From a virus (lineage: Duplodnaviria; Caudoviricetes): a stretch of DNA of 48,583 nucleotides. Below the pieces are notes generated by a model. It did not search any database, was not told the origin of the DNA, and worked only from the letters and a program-made list of their open reading frames with translations. Location of the stretch: positions 1 through 48,583 of IMG/VR virus record IMGVR_UViG_3300017785_007713, one strand, 5' to 3'. Positions 20,101 through 29,100 of this stretch are shown in pieces (the first letter of the stretch is position 1; the number at the start of each line of letters is the position of its first letter). The translations under genes and the position numbers were made by a program.

Positions 20101-22301
20101 AATCTTGCAGCTGGTGTTATATACCATGGATATGTTTTTGATGTAAAGCTGTAATTTATAAATTTTTTCCAATATCCAGAAAAATCCACTGGATATGTCG
20201 GAAATTGATCTTTATCAAATTGAAGATTTACATAAAGAGGAAGCTTTCTAACATCGCATGGATGTACACCAAAATCAAATCTTAGATCAGTTCCATTTAA
20301 TTGCGATCTATGATAATACAATTCATTGCTGGCATATGGATAATCGTTTAATATACCAAACAAGTAGCAATTAAAATCATTGTATTGGTTACAGCATCTT
20401 ATTCCAGTTCCAGGTCCACCGTTTGGAGTTCCATCAAGAGTTGGACTAGAGCATGTTTGTAAAAATCCTGGTGTCAAATTTGAATATGCAAGATCTACAG
20501 CATCCGTTATCCATGAGTCAACGAATGGGAGAAAATCATTTTCAATTCGCGCAATGTATGGATTTATCTTATTAAGCTCGGTTTGATATTCCGATAATGT
20601 TCTGTTTATCTGATTATTAACCTGAGCCAAATTTTCCTGGAGATGGTAGAATTCTCCTATTGATTGGTTGTATGGATATGAATTCATATCATATGCCAGA
20701 GTCAATCCATTACCAGTTACTCCAGTTACACCAGGAAGATAATTGACAACATCGGAGAATGCTCCAGCTGCCACTATTCCATAACCTTCAGTTATCAAGT
20801 CCCCGAATATTCCAGTCGCACCATAATAATAGAGATAATCTCCAGTATTACCAGTAAGACCACTTAGTATCTTAAGATCAGCTGTTCCACCAGCTTGTGT
20901 CGAGCAGCAGACTGAGCATCGATAAACTTCCCATTTTCTCTTGGCATTCTTTAGGTTTACATACTTCTCACGATTCTTGATTAGATTCTTTCTGACAAGT
21001 TTATCATATGCATAGAGAACTTCTGGATAGACTTCATCATCAAGATCAAATTGATTCTGCCAAACTACATTTGATAGACGAGTATCGGCAGAAATTCCAA
21101 GATAATCCCAGTCCTGCGCGTGCGGGGTGTTATATCGATTCTTCGAGAAGAATCCATATATTTCATCGTCTTTTCTCTTGCTCTCTGGGAACTTAGAATA
21201 GTTTTCATTTACATCGGATGTTATTCCAGCCTGAAATAACTTACCTTCCTCAATGTGATTGATGTATTCATATTCCTCATTGATGTCGTATTTTATCTTC
21301 TTTCTAACCAATGAATCCGTGGAATCAACGAAATCAAGATAAGGATCAGCATAGTCTGGTATTATTCTTTCATACCATGAAAAATAAGTATCAGCATTCA
21401 TCAGATTCAACGCATCATACTCACTCAGTGTGTTGAAACTTCTTATACTGGTGGCCTTGAGATCTATGTCACTAAAATCAAAGGCTATTTCACCAGCACT
21501 TTGCATGTTTTCCGATATCAGTGAATTTATGGATCTGAAATGAAATCCACTGAAGTCTTGCCAGAATAGGTAATTGACAGCTTCTGGATTGTCATATTCA
21601 GTTGCATTTTCTGCAAGATACTGCAATGTCTGCAATATTGTTGCTTGGCCCTTCAGCTTTCCCCATGGATATGCCACATTGTTTTTCTTCAAGTAGCATA
21701 CATTCCATGTAGGAGTTCCATCCAAAACTATGTTTAGCTTTTCCTTTAGATACTGATCAAACCCCCTGATTGTTATTTCAGTCGATTCCCCACCATTCAA
21801 CTTAACCTTGACTGGATCTGGATTGATGATTGGGCCTATGAAATTCTCATCTTCAAGTAAAGATGCTAGAAATTCGGATGTTAATATGCTTTTACTGACA
21901 AATTGAATCGTAACAGCCTTTGTCGTCTCAAGGCTATTCTGATATGCTGAGTTTGCCAAGTCAACTGTATTTTTTACATTTACTATTTCAAATGTAAATG
22001 AATTCAATTTGATACTGCTGGAATCATCACCAGATAATTCATCTGCTGTTTTCTTTGTATTGATAGAAATCAATACTTCATCGAAGGCATTCAATTGCAT
22101 TTCCGATGACCAATCACCGATATCCTTAACCACAAGTGTTCCCTGCATCAGGGGTGTAAAGATATTCTCATCTATTGAGAGGGAAATCAGTGGAGATAGA
22201 TTTGCAGCTGTCCATGGAAGAATATCAATTCCAGATCCACTTTTTTTCTGTATCCGAATACTTTTTAATGCATCAATTGCAAATGGAAAATTACCAGCCA
22301 T
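17196..22301 (-). CDS. Baseplate hub protein (gp27-like termini) with very large internal insertions
   Basis: 1701 aa. N-terminal SLSIDENIFTPLMQGTLVVKD and YLFWQDFSGFHFRSINSL; C-terminal LKIGSII...SGKWMVTGISRVF; follows gp53. Confidence 0.6.
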   Translation of the reverse strand: MAGNFPFAIDALKSIRIQKKSGSGIDILPWTAANLSPLISLSIDENIFTPLMQGTLVVKDIGDWSSEMQLNAFDEVLISINTKKTADELSGDDSSSIKLNSFTFEIVNVKNTVDLANSAYQNSLETTKAVTIQFVSKSILTSEFLASLLEDENFIGPIINPDPVKVKLNGGESTEITIRGFDQYLKEKLNIVLDGTPTWNVCYLKKNNVAYPWGKLKGQATILQTLQYLAENATEYDNPEAVNYLFWQDFSGFHFRSINSLISENMQSAGEIAFDFSDIDLKATSIRSFNTLSEYDALNLMNADTYFSWYERIIPDYADPYLDFVDSTDSLVRKKIKYDINEEYEYINHIEEGKLFQAGITSDVNENYSKFPESKRKDDEIYGFFSKNRYNTPHAQDWDYLGISADTRLSNVVWQNQFDLDDEVYPEVLYAYDKLVRKNLIKNREKYVNLKNAKRKWEVYRCSVCCSTQAGGTADLKILSGLTGNTGDYLYYYGATGIFGDLITEGYGIVAAGAFSDVVNYLPGVTGVTGNGLTLAYDMNSYPYNQSIGEFYHLQENLAQVNNQINRTLSEYQTELNKINPYIARIENDFLPFVDSWITDAVDLAYSNLTPGFLQTCSSPTLDGTPNGGPGTGIRCCNQYNDFNCYLFGILNDYPYASNELYYHRSQLNGTDLRFDFGVHPCDVRKLPLYVNLQFDKDQFPTYPVDFSGYWKKFINYSFTSKTYPWYITPAARLVYLQFGCPVAVDGTMAYELPFQKPDFLYSCSKTKLLTGTYHRTYQDPNFIPTDYNEIEVADESSWLDQDLNDGVDNETIWCDTCLDPIALQGAKFEYAKVLKQLKLRRLVLENIISKLQNVQNTFNAKYEEFIDRKAFFISKNPFDPLQPGNIYNKQSSLNLFNIKSIKRKPIRGSKYEVLSKRFGITSGVGSYVYDVYFGDDRSRNPGITGNHPYYDQKYKTFRNDNSQLSINYATKPGLDTEKRDYADAYYYDNNLNYLVGPPGLEQSTLPSDIGASLVLPAGIYQQNNLFYQSGATLDSTGAVSAYLPQNTTLDSITNKFNIFSNVDGKKPPSLVKEEISSYVRIEFVNPIGVDRLVDFPSGFVRDAGSEYFLPYLVQLTAGPNGRQSIQSNVAVIGIDPYGFDVAIKKNKTKNNYSDYKEWGYYWWHKPLNKIKLDKSTHDIHDMSLWSEKQFENEFTYYENNGSYVADVGADFTEYDNYIGAVGPVFLNLGVNRSNGSFYPDYRVNNYYYSLNLALNNILTPTEYFIPIKDESQVSSYIKMAKPSIVKTISDAKYGSYNLIGSHLHYNVRRSWYDFTFPSKLYFNTLLNRIANFNNYKPSVSIPIFDVETLLTGDDFAAFGGNDFSLAVENSIALKSTAPLRTFLQSNSIDNIIFDNLDLAGNSILNQFSGISFSSQNNLPQIFTDDIEYYLNGDFTIYRPGLLTKDVWKYDVFGEAEYGMTSPPTLPPEYDLFDNNFAAQFVVFSQSNSESNICKKLKLKCLNPKGQVSNIDCPENDPYCNCPAKNIMPKEREPSYKELAIAFEETKECKLIEKYLGKDYLGCILSDDQNVASCNCPEQGKYFPTFLNTIRSNATFYTTPPETPLRRQAQMMMFNAQRAVMTIYPNDQLKIGSIITIKRPNPSIQYKNRYDRVSGKWMVTGISRVFKSSNIEFMVVTLNRDSYYQEKENPSTPSTYKRDIF

Positions 22302-22302
22302 A

Positions 22303-23280
22303 TTAAACCTTTGTACTAATTAATCTAGAATTTATATTTTCGTTTGATATTAATGTATTGAATGTATCAAGGAATGAAGATAGGATTGATCTTGGTATTA
22401 TCTTGATTCTTCTAAATTGTTCATTTTTATTCTTCAAATCATCTATTAGAGAAAGATATGCAACATCATTGACTGCCTGGGAATTCATAAGGTAGTGATA
22501 CAGAATTGATTGCTGGAATGCATTATCATCAGTTAGATCAGCATACATTCCATTTGCATCTAATTTGACAAAATCATTTATTAATATCGTACTTGAGAAC
22601 TTCTGATATGGTGAAAGTATTGACATATCGGATGTATTGTACATGTAAACTGGGGAATTTAAGTAAGTGTCAACCTTCTTGAGTTGAATCACACATGCAT
22701 TGATATCATCTGCACCAACATTCAATCTCTTGGTGAATGATACAAGGTTTAGTTTATCTCCAGCCTTTCGGAATACCGCCACCTTGTCACCAGCAGCAAA
22801 AGTAGAACTTATATTAGTAACTCTGGCGTATCTAAATTCATTGCTATAAGTATTCACAAAACAATACTTATCACTATTTAAATCACTAGACAGCAGATTT
22901 TCGGGTAGGGTATTGATAGATGTTGAGGAGTTTATTGATATGATAATATCACCAGGAAGTATGTCTATATTTTCCTGAATGTAGAATATCGTACCATTAT
23001 ACTTTGTATCATAAAGATATTGCATCAAAGCTGTTGATTTAACAAATTCATCCACTGGGTTTAGAATATTATTTGTTACTGCTATTACCCATGATAGGCT
23101 AGGATCATCATAATATTTTTCCGCCAAGGATTCAATGGTGTCCGAATCAGTAACGACGATTTCATCATATAGCGTATTGCTGGTTGCCTTTGCTATCGCA
23201 ACTTTGCGGAATATATCAACAACCTCTTCGGTTCTTCCATTAATTGTATATGTTGTGGTTGGAAATGAATTAAAATACAT
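22303..23280 (-). CDS. gp53: Baseplate wedge subunit (T4 gp53-like)
   Basis: MYFNSFP...DIFRKV...ESLAEKYYDDPSLSWVIAVTNNILNP...NEQFRRIKI. Confidence 0.85.
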   Translation of the reverse strand: MYFNSFPTTTYTINGRTEEVVDIFRKVAIAKATSNTLYDEIVVTDSDTIESLAEKYYDDPSLSWVIAVTNNILNPVDEFVKSTALMQYLYDTKYNGTIFYIQENIDILPGDIIISINSSTSINTLPENLLSSDLNSDKYCFVNTYSNEFRYARVTNISSTFAAGDKVAVFRKAGDKLNLVSFTKRLNVGADDINACVIQLKKVDTYLNSPVYMYNTSDMSILSPYQKFSSTILINDFVKLDANGMYADLTDDNAFQQSILYHYLMNSQAVNDVAYLSLIDDLKNKNEQFRRIKIIPRSILSSFLDTFNTLISNENINSRLISTKV

Positions 23281-24161
23281 TAGCCAAATATCCCATTTGC
23301 CGAATTTCCGCCTAATATAGCTAGTGCCTGAGATCTAGAAACCATGTTTAATGTACCACTTTGACGATAGATAGGTTCAATTTCAACAAAATTCAAAGCA
23401 ATTGTCGTAACAGAGGGTTTCAATCCATACTTGGTAAACACCGCATACGACCCACCATCTGGTGCAGATCTATTCACAGCAACAGAGGCTAGAGAACAAA
23501 GTTGTGGATCAGTCAACCAAGTATAATCCACGAATGGTCCAGTACCTGGTCCAACTCCAAATCCCCACATAGGTGGATGCTTGAATGTAAGAACACTTCC
23601 ACCAGTGTAAGCCACGCTTAATGCTTCGAATGCTCTGCCAATCGCAAATGCAGCAAAAGAGTCCTCATCTGTTAGACATGGTAGAACAAGATTAAACTTG
23701 AATGTTCTTTTATTCGTTCCAGCGAAGATGTTGTCGTTAAAATCTGGTGGAACTATATCAAGAAAGTATCCACCAAGCGCATAGAAAAGCTCTGCAAAAT
23801 TTTGAGCTATCCCTATACCAGCAGCAACTCCACCCAAAAGTCTACCAGTGACTGACTTCTTACCCTCTATTCCAGTAGCAATGGCTTGGCCAGACGACAA
23901 GATTCCAGCAAAACTATCAAAAATTGTCTTAACTGGAGTTTCATTGAACTTATTTCCAACACCACTAGTCAACATTGTTGGTGCTGGAACATAAATTGTA
24001 GCCAACATTGCTGGTGGAGCTGGCATGACACCATCAATACTTCCACCAGCTGCTACATAACGACCAGCAAAGCCACGGTACTCGAATGCTCTGAACTTGA
24101 GCCAGAGTGGTATCTCGTTTCTTAATTTTGGGTTTGTTGGATATATTTGTTGAACTAGCAT
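23280..24161 (-). CDS. gp48: Baseplate tail-tube cap (T4 gp48-like)
   Basis: IYVPAP, FAGTNKRTFKFNLVL, CSLASVAVN, LNFVEIEPI motifs; lies between gp4 and gp53. Confidence 0.7.
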   Translation of the reverse strand: MLVQQIYPTNPKLRNEIPLWLKFRAFEYRGFAGRYVAAGGSIDGVMPAPPAMLATIYVPAPTMLTSGVGNKFNETPVKTIFDSFAGILSSGQAIATGIEGKKSVTGRLLGGVAAGIGIAQNFAELFYALGGYFLDIVPPDFNDNIFAGTNKRTFKFNLVLPCLTDEDSFAAFAIGRAFEALSVAYTGGSVLTFKHPPMWGFGVGPGTGPFVDYTWLTDPQLCSLASVAVNRSAPDGGSYAVFTKYGLKPSVTTIALNFVEIEPIYRQSGTLNMVSRSQALAILGGNSANGIFG

Positions 24162-24182
24162 TTTTTTCTGATAAATAATTTT

Positions 24183-24617
24183 ATGGCCTACAGAAATAAA
24201 TTCTTTCCAAAGAATACATCCAAATATATAGGCGATTATTCTAATATCGTCTGCCGCTCTCTTTGGGAGAGAAAATTCTGTAAATATTTAGATGAAAATA
24301 AAAATATTTTACGATGGGCCTTTGAAAAAATAAAAATTCCATATCAGTCACCACTAGATAACCAACTACACCACTACATACCAGATTTCATAGTGGAGAA
24401 GAAAAATAGAGACAATAGCGTATCTACACTACTAGTTGAGATCAAACCACTGAAGCAGACAAAGAAGCCAGTACTTACCGAATCAGTCTCCAAAAAAACA
24501 TTCAGCAAGAATATGCAAACATATCTGGTGAATCAAGCAAAGTGGAAAGCTGCTAAAAGTTTTTGCGAAGAAAACGAAATAAAATTCATAGTTCTAACCG
24601 AAAAAGAGATATTTTAA
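24183..24617 (+). CDS. gp4: Head completion nuclease (T4 gp4, TnsA-like)
   Basis: KYIGD...RSLWERKFC...W.FE.I.IPYQSPLD..HHYIPDF...EIKP...NQAKW.AA. Confidence 0.9.
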   Translation: MAYRNKFFPKNTSKYIGDYSNIVCRSLWERKFCKYLDENKNILRWAFEKIKIPYQSPLDNQLHHYIPDFIVEKKNRDNSVSTLLVEIKPLKQTKKPVLTESVSKKTFSKNMQTYLVNQAKWKAAKSFCEENEIKFIVLTEKEIF

Positions 24618-25252
24618 TGGCAGATAAATTCCCAAGAACACCAGAGAACTTCATCCCCAAAACAGTTTCCAGTCTTCGGTCGAACATAGTTCGGCGCGAA
24701 GGTGTTCAACTAGCCAGCAGATATATTGTCGAGTTTGTCACCCCAAAGGATTCATTTGTAACCTATCCAACGGAGGTAAACATACCACAAAGAGCTTTGA
24801 TGACCTATAACGCTGGTCAGCCACAGTCATTATGGGGAACTAATAGAAAAGTCCCCCTTATGCACGAATACGACGAATTAACCATGTCATTTGTCGTGTA
24901 TCAGGATTGGGCCGAGAGGAACTTCTTTGAGCAATGGATGGACTTCATAATAAATAAAGGTGCATATGAAGACGAATATTACGAGTATGCCAGACCATAT
25001 TTCAGCTATGTTGGAAAAATCTACATATCGACCCTGAAAAATGTCAGCAATCTTCATAGACCAGAGAAGCCAGTTCGATTCAGTTCAATGACGCTTCTGG
25101 ATGAGGCATATCCACTATCCTTGCTACCAATATCTTTGTCTGCCGAGAACACTGGATATCCAACATATGTCGTAAATTTTGCATATAGAAAACTATACAA
25201 TCTAGAGGTAAATAGTGACCTATTGATTGAGTTTGATCAAATTAATAATTAA
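24617..25252 (+). CDS. Tail tube initiator / tail-tube-fold protein (gp54/gp19-like)
   Basis: Likely start is the ATG at 24617 overlapping the gp4 TAA (MADKFPR...). ERNFFEQWMDFI, LDEAYPLS, VNFAYR motifs. Confidence 0.65.
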   Translation: MADKFPRTPENFIPKTVSSLRSNIVRREGVQLASRYIVEFVTPKDSFVTYPTEVNIPQRALMTYNAGQPQSLWGTNRKVPLMHEYDELTMSFVVYQDWAERNFFEQWMDFIINKGAYEDEYYEYARPYFSYVGKIYISTLKNVSNLHRPEKPVRFSSMTLLDEAYPLSLLPISLSAENTGYPTYVVNFAYRKLYNLEVNSDLLIEFDQINN

Positions 25253-25261
25253 GGTATAAAC

Positions 25262-25951
25262 ATGAATTTAAAAAATGCATTGACAGATTCCCTTCCAAAA
25301 TATGCGTGCGAACTTCCTTATAGCAGAATAAAGACAAGGTTCAGGCCATTTCTGGTCAAAGAAGAGAAAAAACTTCTGATTCTGGAAGAGACATCAACAC
25401 AGGCTGAAATATACAATGGGATAATCGAAGTTCTTGAGTCATGCTTTGACGAAAACATAGATTTTAGAAAAATACCATTGTTTGAAGTCGAGTATTGCTT
25501 TTTGAAGCTGCGGGCAAAGTCCGTGGGTGAAATGATTACCCCCAAGATTCAATGTCCAGTTACGGGGGAAACTCATGTAGTTTCCGTGGATCTAACCTCA
25601 GTCAATCTCAAGAGCACCACAAACCCAGAAGTGATAGATCTTGGAAATAACTTTACCCTTCATATGCGGTATCCAGCAATCGGAGATTTGATAGACGATA
25701 ACAGCGATATTAATTCACTGGTGGCGAATTGCATCGTATATTTCGAAGATAAAGAGGAAAAGGTAGAATCATCCACATTCAAGAAACAAGAAATTCTTGA
25801 GTTTTTGGAAAATATGACGAGTTCTCAGTATGAGAAGATAATAAACTTCTTCGAGAAAATGCCATCTTTAGAAATACAAGTTAGATATCAGACAAAGGAT
25901 ATGGAGGTTAGAGAGCTGACGCTCAAGGGGATAAAAGATTTTTTTTCCTAA
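25262..25951 (+). CDS. gp26: Baseplate hub subunit / tail assembly chaperone (T4 gp26-like)
   Basis: LPKY...FRPFLVKEEKKLL...FEVEYCFLKLRAKSVGE...MRYP...FFEKMP...LKGIKDFF. Confidence 0.9.
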   Translation: MNLKNALTDSLPKYACELPYSRIKTRFRPFLVKEEKKLLILEETSTQAEIYNGIIEVLESCFDENIDFRKIPLFEVEYCFLKLRAKSVGEMITPKIQCPVTGETHVVSVDLTSVNLKSTTNPEVIDLGNNFTLHMRYPAIGDLIDDNSDINSLVANCIVYFEDKEEKVESSTFKKQEILEFLENMTSSQYEKIINFFEKMPSLEIQVRYQTKDMEVRELTLKGIKDFFS

Positions 25952-26127
25952 ATCTTAGTCATATATCCCTCAAGAACTATTTTGAGATAATGTATATACT
26001 GACTAAGCACTATAAATATTCTTTAAGTGATTTAGAAACCATGTTGCCTTGGGAAAGAGATGTCTATGTCGAGCAGCTCCGAGCTGACGTAGAGAAAGAA
26101 AAGACGAAGAACAAGACATGGAAATAA
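25948..26127 (+). CDS. gp51: Baseplate hub assembly protein (T4 gp51-like), in the -1 frame relative to gp26
   Basis: Not in the ORF track. Reads LNLSHISLKNYFEIMYILTKHYKYSLSDLETMLPWERDVYVEQL...TWK*. The first ATG (25990) lies downstream of the SH.SL.NY segment. Confidence 0.8.
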   Translation, partial: LNLSHISLKNYFEIMYILTKHYKYSLSDLETMLPWERDVYVEQLRADVEKEKTKNKTWK

Positions 26128-29100
26128 ATCAAAATCAAACTCCATCCGATAAGTCAGAACTAAAAGAAAAGCTGAAGAATATCTTTTTGCCCTTAACTGG
26201 CGAAAACACCATTCAAAAGCTTCCGATCAATACTGAAAAGTACAAAGTCGAAAAAAAAGAGGAGCTGACGACTGAGATAACACCAGTCAAAAAACACGAT
26301 TCGATTCGTGAAAAAACTAATGGAGTTGATTTTAAAAATTTTGATTTTGGACTATCTGATAAATTAATACAAAATAGCCTAAACAATTATTTCATAAACA
26401 ACACAAGTATTTTGCCATCATCTGATACTGTAAATAATGAATCAAAATCATTTACAAACAGTGTTGATAGGTTGCTTGCTGAAAAATTACAGAATAATAG
26501 TGACTATTTTTCCATACTTGGAAATACAAGAAATAAAAACTATAGATTTAATCTTGTAAATTCAATTAAATCAAATCCAATATTTAATTTAACCAAAAGT
26601 TCATCTGTTGGTGGTTACAATTATCTCAGCGACTCCAATACGATCAATCAATCAGATTATATACAGAACTCAACCAGGAGTGATGTAAGCAATCAGGAAA
26701 ATGCATCCACCAAAAATACAACCCAAAATAATCTTTCTAGACTAGTAGATTCTAACGATTCGTCAAACACTATCAAAAACTCTGCTGTTAATACAAATAG
26801 TATAGTCAATAGTAACTCAGATTCAAATGAATCAATGTCTGTAAAGACTGACACCAGGAATTCTGAAACTGTAAAAAGTAACGTATCGTCAGCTACCGTA
26901 GCTCGTCCTACAAATTATTCTAGTAATTCTACATCAAAATCAAATGCAGAATCGACAAATAACACTGAAGAGATAAGTAAAATAGATTCAAATACTGCTG
27001 TCAATGAAAATAACAATACAGTATCCGATATCGGTTTCATCAAATCCGATAAAATTGATATAAATCAATCTTCTCCAGCAATTTCTAGATCTGATAATTT
27101 ACAACAGATGTCAAATAACGTAAATTATTCCTCAAGCACTATATTGCCTGGGTATACAGATGCAAATTCAAATTTAATAGATTCAACCAATATCATCAAG
27201 AATACTGCGACAAATCCAAATAGCATCTCGGTAGAGAATTCAACTAATAACAATGATGCCATTTCCTCAAAAACGCAGAATACAAGTAATAGACAAATTG
27301 ACATAATTTCAAATAACTCAAAAAATGCAGATTCCAACTCAATAGAAAAAAATACAAATATTTCTGTAAATTCAGCGAATACTGCTGAAAGAGCAGAAAC
27401 CAAATTAGTCAATCTTACCGAATCAATAACTGAAAGTTTAACAAATAATCAAAATTCAACAAATATTTCTGATGCAAATACAAATAGAACTAATGCACAT
27501 CAGTCAAATATCTCAAATACCACAGATCAATCGCAGATACAATCAAAAGATATATCAAATGTCGAATCGCAGTTATTTTCAAATAATAATGTAAATTCAA
27601 CAAATAGTAATTCATCTTCAAGTAAAATAAGCGACTCCGTAGTAAATAAAACAATCAATTCTGATATAGAAAAAGCTATAAGTTCAGCGAATGTAGATAG
27701 CTTGATAAAGAATGATTTATTTAATCCAAACAGTTTATCTGTCGATTTAACTAACAATTCAACTGATTCAACAAATGTTCTAAAAAATAATTCAACGAAT
27801 CCAAACAGTTTATCTGTTGATTTCAATGAAACTATTAATAGATCTCAAACTGACATTTCACCAAAAAATATAGAGTATGTAAAATCTATAAATGAAAATT
27901 CTTTGATTGGAATTGATTCCACACAGAATACTAACAAAATTAGTGATAATACAGAAAATACAATCAAACAACTTAACTCTGTTATTTCTGCTATTGAAAA
28001 TAGAATTGATGATACTTCTAAGAATGAAATAGTAGAAAATAAAAATAATAAAGTTGAGACTACAAATAATACAGAAAGAGAAGACTACGTATCTTCTCGA
28101 AACAATGACATAAGTCTATCAAATACTACAATCAATAGAACAGTTAATCCAAACAGTTTATCTGTCGATTTAACTAACAATTCAACTGATTCAACAAATG
28201 TTCTAAAAAATAATTCAACGAATCCAAACAGTTTATCTGTCGATTTAACTAACAATTCAACTGATTCAACAAATGTATTGAAGAGAATCGATGCAATCAG
28301 TAATATTTTTGACGGGAACAAAAAAACATCTTCGAATAATATAGTAAACGACAAAAAGGTAAATATTGATATTGGAATGTCATCTATTTCCCTAAGTGAA
28401 CGTCAAAGTTCACCTAAATCTACAATTAACAAAAATCAAACTAATATACAGAAAACACAGATTAATTCCAACATAACACCAAGTCATGAAAACAACTCAG
28501 ATAAAAATCTGAATGAAATCACAGATAATAGTAAAAAATCTTCAACTAATTATAAAGTTGATAATAAGACAATAAAGATTATTCCATCAAAACAAAAGAA
28601 TGCGGTAAACCAAAATAATAATAAAGCTTCAAATGTATTTGTTCTCATGAACAATTCTAGAAGTTCCAAAAATGCATTGGCAAAAGCATTTACTTCAAAA
28701 AGTAATAATATTAAGAACGACAATAATAATTCTTTAGTATTAAATGAAAATTCCAACGATACAAATCAAACTGATAATTTAAGTAAAACTCTAAAATTTA
28801 CTTATATTGATCCAAACAATATACGAAATATCGAAACAAATTATAAAAGCAATCCAGTATCATTGGCTAGTGATGTAAAAGTTACCAATATAAATCAAAA
28901 TAAAAAACAAAATACAAATAATAAACTTACCAGTTCCCCAAAAACGCTGAGTAAAGTTACGATAATTGATGGAAATACTATCGTGGGTGGAAATAACGTT
29001 GTCGATAGGAATAAAATCTCCAATGCTGTTTCAGATAAATCAATTGTAAATTTCTCCAATTTAACGAGTGATTTTATAGATCCATCCACGATAGTATCCA

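Noticed and set aside
24183-24617. Tn7 TnsA transposase
   Set aside because: The TnsA-like fold here is the T4 gp4 head-completion protein in its normal syntenic position; no other transposon genes or ends are present.
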